64,000 nt of DNA from Bugula neritina (Eukaryota; Animalia; Bryozoa), in NCBI GenBank assembly GCA_964035545.1, contig OZ037768.1, forward strand, positions 2,078,741 through 2,142,740. Reading direction: 5' to 3'. The notes under the pieces were generated by a model. That model saw only the letters and a list, made by a program, of their open reading frames with translations, did not search any database and was not told the origin of the DNA. Each line of letters begins with the position of its first letter. The stretch's first letter is position 1. Positions 13,097 through 25,995 of this stretch are shown here, in pieces. The translations under genes and the position numbers were made by a program.

Positions 13097-13893
13097 ATAG
13101 TTGATGTGTCAGCAGAAACTGTATTGTGACTCAGTTTAATTTTTACGTAAACTGCATTTTTTAAGCAAAGAAATGCAGAAACAAATCTAGATTCTTGGAC
13201 AGTGAAATGCAGAAGGCAAAGGCTTAAAATTCTTGTTCAAATTTATGTTTAAAACAAATTAGTAGCTTTATTTTCAGAGTGTAAATATTAACATAAACTA
13301 AAACTAACATCTTTGAATAAAACATGTTTATAATTATGCAACTGTTTAGTCATGGCAGAAAATTAGTGAGTTAACATAGAGATACATTATAATATAAAAT
13401 CAGTTTATAACAAGACAGGTTTTGTATCATGCAAAGTGTAGACAACTTCTATACATGTGTTGCAAAATTCATTTACATCTAATAAATCATGGCATGCAAA
13501 GCAACAATCAACTGTATATATATTTAAACAGCAGTTCAATGAACAATATTATGTAACAGCGTGCATATCAGGACCATTGTGACTTACATTAAATAAGATC
13601 ATAATGTAGTTATATAATAGCAACCATCGTAGCAGCATTAAAAGACCCAATAAAAATAAAAGTAACATAATATCATAATTGTAAACAAAAAATAGATTTA
13701 TGCTCATTCTAATGCATACACCATAAAATATTATGTTTTGGTGTTTAAAGTACTGTTAGACACTCTCAGCACTACGGTGTAGCAGAGTTGTACCTATGGT
13801 TACCAATAAACAAATGTAGAACCTAGGACAGTGTGCAAAGTAGAGATGAAGGGTCGAAAGCAGTTGTGCATACCAACCAACCAAAGCGAAACT

Positions 13894-16800
13894 CTACGTT
13901 TTTCGAGATATTTTCTGAGTGAAATTAGCAGGGAAGACTCCTTTAGACTGTGTGATTGTATTTATTCCCATCAACCACCCATCGTCTTGTTCATCATCAT
14001 TATCATACTCCACCACATTGACTATCTGCCCAGCCTCAAATGACAACTCGTCTTCATCTTCTGCTTCGTAAGGGTGGGTGGCCATCACCTACCACAAACA
14101 TGTCAGTATGAACTAAAGCTATTGTTGCAGCTATTTATATTAATACAGGCTCCATCTAGCTTCTGTAACATGACACAGCTTGTGAAAACAATATTGATGC
14201 CAGGATAACACTAGCATTGAGCATCCACACGAACTGTCTTAGTTTTTAGAATAAAGCTATATACATTTCACAACTGATGGTACAACAACACCAGCTGTGA
14301 AGCATCATAATACTTGCTGTGTTAATTAGATGCCACGTAAGATTGGGAGTTGCCCTCCCATCAGCTGACTAACCTGGTAGAGTACAGTGGCAGATGACAA
14401 GCTGCTATAAGATGGCTCACTGTCATCATTGGAAGTATTTTCATGCACAGGCGAGTGGACAACCTAAAGCAATATTACATCAGGTGTTTGATTAGAATGC
14501 ACGGCAGAGAAAGAGAAACCATGTTTAACATGTTGGTTGTAGAATTATACCATCTATTAAGTTGTCTAACCAGGCTGCAACTAGCAATAGGTATAAGCTG
14601 ATTGGGGAGAGACAGGCAGTAACTGGGTCAATAATCAATATAACAAGACTTAGTATCAACACGATTTCTCAGATATAATCTTCTATAGATCATTTATTGA
14701 TTCTATCAATTGACTTATTTATGGCTTATTTGAAAACAAAATAATCAATCTAAAACTAGCTATAACCTAAATATAATGTATGAGCTCTATATTCTAAACA
14801 TATGGCTCTATATTCTAAACATATGGTTCTATATTCTAAACATATGGCTCTATATTCTAAACATATGGTTTTATATTCTAAATTTAGAGCGAGATGTGTA
14901 GAATATAGAGCTCTATATTTCACACATAGAGATCAAAGTAAGCTGTAATTTAAAAATGCTAGCAGAATCTAAACTGCATGCAACATAGCAGAGGAAAGAA
15001 TAGGGAGTAGAGATTCAGCTCTAAGGAGCTGGTGGTTTATTAAGTAACCCCCTGGAGTTCATATGGAAAGGGGACATCTAGGGTTATGTGTAAAGGTGTA
15101 CATATATACAGTACATATCGCAATGAGCAAGGCAAACTCACACCCACAAACCCAGCATACACATTGGTACAAGAGGCAAGCATACCAGTGAATGCACCTT
15201 TATTAGGCAAGCAGAAGGATTACACAAACGATACACACAAACACACTGCAGGAAAGATAACATAGTAACACTTCTAAAAAGCTATACTTAACAGAATAAA
15301 GTGAATGAAATCTATTACAAAATACAAAGCCACCATTACCCACAGAAAGCATCGTAATCACAATATACCAGAGCATTGAAGGCAAAGAGCTAGTAGCTAG
15401 CACCACCTTACACCACAAGTTAAACTTAGGACATGAGCCTAAGAAATGTGCAGAGAGATGTGAATTAAAGCACAGCAGTGTAGTGGCAGCGTGTAGGAAT
15501 GTGAAGTAAAATCTAGCAGCAGCGGCAGCAGCATGAAGAGTCGAGTCTCTGTAGACCTACCACAGCATCAACTGCAGCGGGTGGTTCCACAGGAGCGGGT
15601 GGTTCCACAGGAGCGGGTGGTTCCACAGGAGCTGGTGGTCCCACATGAGCGGCTGGTTCCACAGGAGCTGGTGGTTCCACAGGAGCGGGTGGTTCCACAG
15701 GAGCTGGTGGATCAACAGGAGCGGGTGGTTCCACAGGAGTGCCGTCCTCAACTGCACCAGATTCACCCCCCACCAACTTGTCTTCTTCAAAAGGATTGCC
15801 ACTGCTAGCCTCAGGCCCAGAGTTGGGCGTAGACTCGGGCTCCTTGTCTGCTGCTGATTGATCACCTGTGATTGGCTGGCTAGCTGCGTCTGGTGTATTC
15901 ACGGGAGAGTCCGTGGCACCAGCAAAGGGATTTCCCTCGCCGTAGCTCTCGGCGCCGGGAGACTGAGGGGAGGTGAGAGGTCGGGCGGGCGGCACCCGAC
16001 GACTCTCGCTCTCAGAAGTCGCGTTGAGAGACTGAAATTTAGCCAACGCATCAAAATAAAATGCTTTAAACCAAAACAAATGATTGCATTCAACTAAAAG
16101 TTGAACTAAAACTAGCCAGTGAGTGTGAGCGGACAACTTTGATGTTGTACACTAGACTCGGACACAACAGTGATGGTAGAACTGATAGTTGAAGCTGCAG
16201 ACAACAATAGAAAGTGTAACACTGAGCTCACGGACAGTGTACCAGATAGAAAGAGACTCATTCTCCACGCATGCATCTTAATATACCTGCACACCTACTA
16301 CACCAGACTACCTACCTGCGGAACTCTGGTGGTGTGCTGGCTAGCTCTCGGTGTTCCCCCGTCACCATGGTGACCATTCGACTTGGCAGGAGATCCCAGT
16401 CCTACAGGAGGAGACAACACACGTGAAGGAACACTGAGTATTAGTATTGAGAGTGTCAAGTTGGTATGTTATGGATAATTATACAATGTGGAGAGGAAGA
16501 GCATAACAGAGATAGACATGGTGAAGTACTGATGCTAGTATGACTGAATTATAGAGAAAGTTTGTGTTTGTAGAATATCAGTTGTTCAGATTATACACTC
16601 TACTAGTTATTTATTGTATATTGGAAAACATTTCAGTATATTTTAGACATTTTTACTCAATTTCAAGTAAACTGGCTTTCCACAAACTACCTAGATGCAA
16701 CTAATGCTATGCTGTAGAATTAGATATTCAGTGTTTCACCAAGCAACACCCTACTCTCTAGCCTGCCCTAACATAAGATGAGAAGATATAGTTAATGATC

Positions 16801-19800
16801 AGCTAATGTTTTATAATAACACTCAGCATTGTATGCATCCTCCCACTCAATACACGCTGAATTGCAGAATAGAGTGGAATACAGTAAGGTATTGGAGCTA
16901 CCTGCAGGGAAACGGCAAGGGCTAATTGTTTTATACATTCTACAAACCATCTACTTAGTACCTACACAATAATTGTGCTGCAACATTAACATTCAGCTGT
17001 AAAGTAAAGTTGCCATAAAACATGGAATATGAATAGCAAACCCAACTGAACGAGATGTAATTTACTAGGGGACTAGGCTTGACCTCCCCATCCCAAGATG
17101 TTCTAATAAATGATAGAGCTGAGGCTATAAAAACCAACACTCCTAAATCACTAGATCAAATAGAGAAGGATGTGTACTACCAACATGATTAATACTAACA
17201 GTTTACAATATGCCACGAAAATAAGAGTAAATATTAGTAGTAGCACTAGTAGCAGCAGCAGTATTAGCAGTAGCGATATTGTAGTAGTACTGCTACTGCT
17301 ACTATTACTACTAGTAGCAGCAGCAGCAGTAGTAGTAGCAGTAGTAGCAGTAGCATTAGTAGTAGTAGTAGTAATAGTAGTAATAGTAGTAATAGTAGTA
17401 ACAGTACACTATATAATAATACAATAGAATATATTGAGGTGCAGTGCTGAGTTGCCATGGTAACGCTATGCACGAACAAGTAAATAGGCTACCTGCAGAC
17501 AAGGAAGACAAATCCAAGCCCTCAGATTCATCAGCATTAAATGGACTTCCAGCAGCGGGTTTGGGGGGCGTCTGCCGCAGCCTCTCCATCTCCTCAGCAT
17601 GAGTGGAGGCTAGGGTTTCCAACTGTTCCACCAGCTTGTCACTCACCTAGATGATGCACAGCTTATCAACTGTCTACCACAACACTATTATTGTTTATAT
17701 AAATATTTAGCAAACACTTAGCAGGTCATCAACAAAGTGACAGGAAAACTGCTCAGCTGACATCCTTATGACAGGAGCTGAGCTTAGAGACAGGCTGTAG
17801 CAGGTGGGAGTGTAGTGACTGGTTCTATACTAGAGGGTACAGAGTTATACTATATACAGTATATAACATACTGTATATAATATATAACATATAGTATACA
17901 GTATAGAATGTGCAGAGTTATACTATACAGTATATTATATACAGTATATAACATACTGTGTATAATATATAGCATATAGTATACAGTATATAACATACTG
18001 TGTATAATATATAGCATATAGTATACAGTATATAACATACTGTGTATAATATATAGCATATAGTATACAGTATATAACATACTGTGTATAATATATAGCA
18101 TATAGTATACAGTATATAACATACTGTGTATAATATATAGCATATAGTATACAGTATAGAATGTGCAGAGTTATACTATACAGTATATAATACACTGTTA
18201 TAGATATCATCACATAGTAGTGGTTAGATTATTCACACAACCACAGAGATATAACAAGGACAGACAGAAGTCCAGGGAAGGAGTAAATTCCACAGAGATC
18301 TGACCTCAGCATCAGCTGATTAGTGGACAGCGGCAGGCAGCAGAGTACAAAGTCTAACTACTGTATTTAGTAAACAATGACAAACTAACCTTGCCACAGT
18401 TGGTGTGGAAGGTCGCCTCTGCAGTAAACAGCTTCACCAGATTGTTTGCTATGACCTCCACCCTGTTTTCATAGAATCTGGGCAATTCCTTGTGCAACTC
18501 ATTGTTTATCTCTTCATACAAGTATTTACAATCCTCCATGGCCTCTTGCGCCTGCAAATAACTCAAAATCTGACAAGTCGCAGTGCAGAGATGTGGGTGG
18601 GTGAATCGGGTGACATAACGACTAGAAGATATGATATATGTGATGGCTTAGCCCAAGGAGATGAGTTATATAAGTAGAGAGACGGTCTAGTGCACACCCT
18701 GACTCAACTGTTGGGAACTCAACACAGCCTCACACAGCTAGCTGTAGGCTATACATATGCTAGACCACTATATGACACAGCACTGATACTGCAGCTAAGC
18801 ATTATATTACCACTATACACGCTCTGAGTCACGCTGTAGGTATTTAGCTAGCTGCTGCAGTACACTCAGTGTGAAATATAAGTCAGCTAGGCTAAGTCAG
18901 CCACTACTAACAAATAACATTATTAGAGTAGTGGCATTTCTTTCAGGTTTTATGTTTCATTAGTGACTTCTACCATTGTATTCCATAACTCAGCCAATGC
19001 AGTTTCAATAGACTCAGAGCGCACTGCCTGCACTGCCTGTCATTGTTGTAGCCCACTGTGATACTGTACATATACTGACCTTGGAGGTTTTAGTGTGATC
19101 CGGCTTTTTAGCTGTCACGAGGGAGTCGTATGCTCGCCGGGAATTGTCATAGTCAAGCAACTTCCTGCTCCTTTTGTTCATCTTTTCCTAGAAACATACA
19201 GTTACATAATAGTCAGCGGATCCCCTTATACAACAGGTCATCACCCCCCTAGCTCTACTCATCACACCCCTAGCTCTACTAGACACACCCCTAGCTCTAC
19301 TCATCACACCCCTAGCTCTACTAGACACCCCCTAGCTCTACTCATCACACCCCTAGCTCTACTCGAAACCCCCCCTAGCTCTACTCGACACACCCCTAGC
19401 TCTACTCGACACACCCCTAGCTCTACTAGACACCCCCCTAGCTCTACTAGACACCCCCTAGCTCTACTCAACACACCCCTAGCACTGTTATCTAATACAA
19501 ATTTATAGGATGCAGGATAATAATAATGTACTAATTTTTACTGGAAAACGTCTTAGCAGAAAACATTTCCTATTGTCAAAAAGTTATCTTATATGTGATG
19601 AATTAGAAAATTTGTAATCTACCAAATTCACCGAGCGTGCTGGACATGACATAGACAGTACCAGTTTTATTAACACATTATGCGAAATACATTTTTTTAG
19701 AATAATATATTTGTTCCCCGCATTAAGGAATATATCTACAGTGTTGGTTAGAGTCAGAGAGTATCAAACTTTGTGGTGGCATAAAAGTATAGAAAACCTT

Positions 19801-22800
19801 CAACTGGGCTCCCAAAATAGGGTTCTAGTAGTTGCAATATTACTACCTAATGATCCCTACACCAGGCTGTCTGTGGATAGTACAACTAAACCATGTTACA
19901 CAACAGTTACCATAGCAACAGCTGTGAAAATGTGAAAGCACAAGCACAGGCAGGTCACATCCAACTACCAACACTAGATGTAACAGTTGAAAGACATCAG
20001 AAATGGTAATATCGTGTCTAGGACATTAAATTACCATACACAAATCTGGTAAAACACAAAATCGTCAGATTACTTGAGTGAATGAACTGCACACACACGA
20101 GGACACAATACTGTCTAATAATGTTACTAGAGTAAATGTATCTACACAGTAGTTACTAGAGTACTAGTTATTAGAGTACTAGTTACTAGTTACTAGAGTA
20201 CTAGTTACTAGAGTACTAGTTACTAGAGTACTAGTTACTAGAGTACTAGTTACTAGAGTACTAGTTACTAGAGTACTAGTTACTAGAGTACTAGTTACTA
20301 GAGTACTAGTTACTAGAGTACTAGTTACTAGAGTACTAGTTACTAGAGTACTAGTTACTAGAGTACTAGTTACTAGAGTACTAGTTACTAGAGTACTAGT
20401 TACTAGAGTACTAGTTACTAGAGTACTAGTTACTAGAGTACTAGTTACTAGAGTACTAGTTACTAGAGTACTAGTTACTAGAGTACTAGTTACTAGAGTA
20501 CTAGTTACTAGAGTACTAGTTACTAGAGTACTAGTTACTAGAGTACTAGTTACTAGAGTACTAGTTACTAGAGTACTAGTTACTAGAGTACTAGTTACTA
20601 GAGTACTAGTTACTAGAGTACTAGTTACTAGAGTACTAGTTAATAGCAGGGGATTGCACACAAAGTAACAATCAGATAGGGCGTATCTACATGCGAATCT
20701 CACCTTGTACACAGGAAACTGGTCTAAATAGTCATTGAGATCTGCGTATACCCTCTCTGCTAGCTCAGCCTCGTAGTTGGTGTGCAACAGCTCCAGGGAC
20801 TGTAACAGAGCAGAGATGAACAACTGAAGTTTATATCTTACAGAAAGATCTTGATTTGCAAACTACACTGTGAATGTTAATAGGGTGCAGAAATTCAAAT
20901 GTGAAAAGCAGGTGTGACACTAATGTCATACTGAACAGTGTGATTCAAAACTTTAAATGTATAAACTATAAAGTAAAAGATTTATAGCAACTCTGGTTGA
21001 GCCAAATAGTAACAAGGAAGACCAAAACTGTTTATCAGATGCTCACTGATGGCTTACAGCCAGCCACAGGGGAGTGGGAAGCAGTAACTGGCTCAGTGCA
21101 CTGGAGTATGTTACACATTAGCAGAATAGACAACAGAAATGGGCAATCATAAATTGGAGACGCGTATAAACCAGGACACAAGGTGAATTCCCAAAATTCA
21201 AACCGTGCCAAAAAGAACAACGAAACATCGACTGTAGAACATAACAGAAAAGTTTACAGCGTAGCTTCTGATCCATGACTTGTGTAAAAATATCAATAAG
21301 TAAAATACACAAAGCATAGTGCACAGTCTAAATAACGTCCAACTGGAAAAGATAAAGTCAACTTACATTGAGGTTACCAGAAAGAGTCTGGGGGTCATAC
21401 CAATCCTCCTCGTATGTCTCTTTCAGCACGGCATATAGGTTCCTGGCAGCCACAGACATGGCTAAAAAGGAAGTTCAGAATTTCAACCACTTCCTGTCAC
21501 GTGCAGAGGTGTATAGGACTTTGAGCCAGTGATATTAGTCAGAGAGATATTAAAAATTACTCAACTACACTTTGGCCAACATATATACACTAATTTACAC
21601 CAACTTCCTCAAAAAATTGACTACACATCACCTGCACACATAGAATGAAGTATATAATAACACACCCTTGACGCATGCAATGTAGTGCTTGGTTTCTTTC
21701 TGTAGCCGCATGGCAACACCCTAAAAACAACAACATATGTTTAAGAATGTAACAGAGTACAGCAATCTCGGTCTACAAATTTGTTTTGACAATAGCAACT
21801 TGCCTGTTGCCTTTGAAATGAAGCGATGTTATCTTTGTAAACTTCATCTTTAGTTTTGTCGGCTTTTCCAACTCGTTGTAAAACCTGCAAAGAGTTACTA
21901 ATAAATGAGAACTTGAAGGTATACACCTGCTGTGATGACATGAGAAGAGTCAAAACATGACATCTCAGACCAGGAATCACAATAAGTATACAAAATAAAA
22001 CATTTCCAGGTTCCTTCACAGCTCATAAATATATCAAACTCAACATTTTTTAAAGCAGAACAAATATTAAGAGTTGGAGTTTGCTACTTATTTTCTAAAA
22101 TATTTTAAGTAAGTTATTTAGTCCAAAAAATGAGACACGTTGAGTTCTGATTGGTTTAAGATTTACCTTTGTTAATCAGATTTTAGTTACTTTAGAAAAA
22201 TAGTGTTGGCATAGAGTTTAAACAGGTGTTGTTTGTGGCTGATGTAACACAAATAAACTGTTTTTCTATCAAGGGTATGGCTGCAGGTAAATGTGTCACA
22301 CTACAGAAATGTTCACAAGATTCTAAATGGGGTCACAGCATAAATTACCTAAATCTTCATCTAATCAGTTTCAAAATATAAAGTCACGACTATTAGAAAA
22401 AAGGTCTGCAAAAAAAACACACTAGGATTTCAACCTTTCCAACACTCGATATGCTAGTGCCTTTAGTAATATTGATATAACTTTACTTGACAAGGTACTT
22501 GGTAGTATATGATAGCAATAGGTCTTGGTAAAAATAGTAAAATTGTATGGTCAAATTTTGTAACTCTCAATAAAAATTTACAGAAAAAAATTGATATTTA
22601 AAATTAGATAGCAACATAATTATTGGTTTGATTATAAAGCCACTAAGTGATATTATGCTTAGGTTTGGTTACAAACTTTATTGTGATAACAGATACTGTA
22701 TAGAAATACTTTTGTTGGAAAGTTAATATAAATGTTAAATTAATAGCGGTATTTTAGTTTTATAATATAAACCGGCATAACATATTTAATTTGTGAAAAA

Positions 22801-23516
22801 TATTATGATGGGTTTCAGGACACTGAAAGAAAGTTTATTCACTAAGAAAGAGTTGGTATTTTAATAACGAATTTTCACAAGCACAAATTTTGATGGTATA
22901 TTTAGTGTGAACAGTGCACTTTCACAGTATTTTGGTAATTAAACATACTTCAGTGAACTCCGATGTGATAGAGTAACAAGGCAATCACTTAAGTTAGTGT
23001 CATTATAGTAATTACAAAATTTACCTAGCCACTACTAAAGTATAAAAACGAGAAGTAATATAATTATGCACATTCACAATGACTTTCAAAGGCTCAATAC
23101 CCTTGAAGTTGACATGACTTCATTTACTCAAAACATTTGTCTTTGATGCCAAAATCGTAGGCCTAAAGTTAAATGACTACGGTTATAACTACAAGTTCAA
23201 CCATCAGAATCTTGGTACATGTTATAAATATGTGAAACAAAATCATCACTATAATTATAAATATGAAATTAAAATTACAATGGCTAATAATCCGTTAGTA
23301 TAATTGCAATGATAATCATAATGACCATGTTGACTTTGATTGATACTGACGGTACGTGTGACTGATCAGTGTTACTGAGAGTCCCATTAAGTGTGCCCAA
23401 GTATGATAACTTCGATAGGTTACTACAAGTATAACTATTCAACTCACCTTTGTTTTGGTGCGAACCAATGTTTTCTGAACAACTTTTGCAAAAGCACCTT
23501 TTGACGTCTCCGACAT
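13894..23516 (-). CDS. AMPH: Amphiphysin/BIN1 (N-BAR plus C-terminal SH3)
   Basis: Exons (minus strand) 23516-23448, 21884-21804 (GC donor), 21720-21666, 21461-21367, 20799-20704, 19187-19080, 18551-18390, 17646-17493, 16401-16316, 16031-15561, 14463-14374, 14088-13894. Helix-0 [49 protein letters not shown] and SH3 [15 protein letters not shown]...QDDGWLMG...KGVFPANF. Confidence 0.92.
14782..14919. repeat. 21-bp tandem repeat, about 5 copies, bounded by a 15-bp inverted repeat
   Basis: tatattctaaacatatggctc units. gagctctatattcta (14782-14796) pairs with tagaatatagagctc (14899-14913). Confidence 0.75.
15574..15738 (-). repeat. Coding 18-bp repeat, about 9 copies (PVEPPA), in the amphiphysin linker
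   Basis: gcgggtggttccacagga units inside the 471-nt phase-0 exon 16031-15561. Confidence 0.85.
17233..17402. repeat. (AGT/AGC)n trinucleotide microsatellite
   Basis: Runs of agt, agc and aat triplets in an amphiphysin intron. Confidence 0.9.
17845..18195. repeat. 42-bp minisatellite, about 7 copies
   Basis: Unit atacagtatataacatactgtgtataatatatagcatatagt. Confidence 0.9.
19240..19482. repeat. About 21-bp minisatellite, about 11 copies
   Basis: cccctagctctact(c/a)...aca units, about 50 nt from the acceptor at 19188. Confidence 0.9.
20143..20641. repeat. Near-perfect 15-bp minisatellite, about 32 copies
   Basis: Unit ctagttactagagta, about 60 nt from the donor at 20703. Confidence 0.97.
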
Positions 23517-25995
23517 GGTGATGCTGATAATATTGTTAGAATTACACTCGAAACTGTACAGGTACTAATAGTAGCACTACGTCTTCTAGATTACAACAAC
23601 AAAAAATAATTATAGTTATTCACTACAATTTGAGTAACTTTTAGTTTTATTTAATTTTATTAGATTTAGTGCAACTCTTACAGTTAGTGTTACTCTCACT
23701 CTGTCCAACTCCAAGTCTTGGAGTTGGTAAGTAAAACGAATATTTTTTAAATTCTTATACAAGTACAGCTTCAAATTCAACTTGGAAACATTAAAATGGC
23801 AATTCCTCAAACCTCTTCTACTGGTTTCATAGAATTGGATTTGTCGGTAATTATAAAAGTTCAACCCAAAGCAGAATTCATGTAGTTGTACCGCGAGTTT
23901 GACTTGTAATCCAATTTCAATTTACCAACACGAAATTGCCTGTCCGTTGTCGGCGACTTTCACTTTGGGCTCACCCGTTACAAATTGCCTTTTGTGTCTG
24001 CGTCAGGCCTAAATAAAAATATAGTCATTGACAATTTCAGTCCGAATAAAGACTAAAATCTCACCAAAATATATTTTATTTTATTTATTTTAAAAGTAAA
24101 TTAAATTAAAAAATATAAAATAAATATTTTATTTTTGTTAATATTAATTTTTTAAAGTATAATATATACATTGGTACCAACCTAATCCCTTTTGTGCAGC
24201 CACAACAACGCCCCTTGAACTCGCAGTTCCGCAACAGTCGTAAACTTCCAAAACAATTTCGAGACTGACTGTCGGAACCACAGAAGTTATACTAAAACTT
24301 AATGTTATCTGGAGAAAATCATGACAATTAACATATTGACCAACAAGTGATTGATTGCTCAGTAGATTTGACTCATGCATAACTATTACTCGCCAATATT
24401 CTTCAAGTTTGTATGGTAACCACTACCACTACCAGTAATCACTAATCAGATTAGTAATCTAAACCTGTAACGTGTAAACTTGAACTTAAACTAAGTAAAT
24501 TACTCACTGTCTCTAAACTAGGTGACACATACTTATAGTTAACTTATAGTCTTATACTCACACTAATAGTGATATAGCATGAGTGCATCGTGGTACTTAT
24601 AGTTACTGTTAGCTAATGCTATTACTATTAGTATTACTATTAGTATTAGTATTACTATGGCTATAGGCATACTCATAGTCATAGTGATAGTGATAGTTAT
24701 AGTAATACTAATACTAATAGTAATAGGGTATAGTGCCATACAGATACTGAGATAGTAACACTATAAGTAAATGTGTCTCATGCTGATGCAGACTAAAATT
24801 AAAGGCTAATAAATATCATATCACAATCATCATCGTGATATTCATACTCATAGCCATATTCATCATCATCATTGTGACTAATGTATCACTAAATCTAATC
24901 ATTATCATATTGGTATTCAAACTCAAACTGATAAATATCATTTTAATTTATTTAAAACTAAGTCTAATACTTGATAGTGGTTGTAAGCCTTATATCATAA
25001 ATGATGAACTAATAGGGCTATTTGTATAAATACAAAATAAATCATTGTGATTGCGGTTAGTCACTAACTCTAAGAGTAAGTTTGAGTTAGACTTAGTGGC
25101 ACTGGTCATGGTTTACTTTAACTAGTAATCGCAAACAAGTTGCTGTTTACGCTACTATCAATGATAGTACTACTACTAGTACTACTAGCATCACTGTATC
25201 AATATGTTTATACCAGTACTGATTGTGATATTAAGATTTATAGTTTTACTGATGATTACTAAAGCTTGTGGAATCAGAATGCAGTGATAGTGTTACTGTG
25301 ACAATTAGATTTTACTTGACTTTCTTATAAATACAATAGCAATTGTCACTTTGAAATTAAAATATTAAGCTGATTTCATTTATATTAAAAAATCTTACTG
25401 TAAATATATAGTGCAGATTAGTCGTATCTATATTCATAGTGGTTTTAAATGCATACTGAATTTGATGTAGTGTTTAACATATTTATAAACCTTTAAATAA
25501 ACTTGTTAATAAAAATGAAAGTAGTAACTACTAACTTAGTTTTGAACTGAAACCTAAACGTATAGTTGTTACTATTAAAATAACACTCAAAGTTATTTCT
25601 ACACACATTCAGTTTCTAGTTTGATTTTTGTAGTGGACTTGTTGAACACTCATTTTGATCAGCTGATTTAGCAAGTGACGAGTTACTCACATTTAGAATT
25701 GTGTAGTTTCACTCTAAAACATACATGGTTGTTAGATTTATTTAAAACTTGTATATGATAATAACTATAAAAGTAGGTTTAATTGTTTTACAAAGTATGA
25801 TAATTTGAAGTATTTTTTATTATATTAGATCTTGTTCTTACCTGTATACTTGATTGCACATTATAGCTGACCTTGTAAAAGGCCAAGACGCTGACCGCTC
25901 AAACACGGTCCTTCACTCTGCTACTTCTCAGTGTTTATAACTTTATGTGATTTTGTAGAGAGAATTGAGGGTGAAATAGTACATGCTCATCTAGC

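Noticed and set aside
17170-17479. Hydrophobic poly-Leu/Val 'membrane' ORFs
   Set aside because: Translations of an (AGT/AGC)n microsatellite.
20179-20700. (TSTLV)n ORF extension, and similar repeat ORFs at 8884, 9823, 17850, 19240, 41704 and 57439
   Set aside because: Read-through from real exons into intronic tandem repeats, or repeat-only frames.
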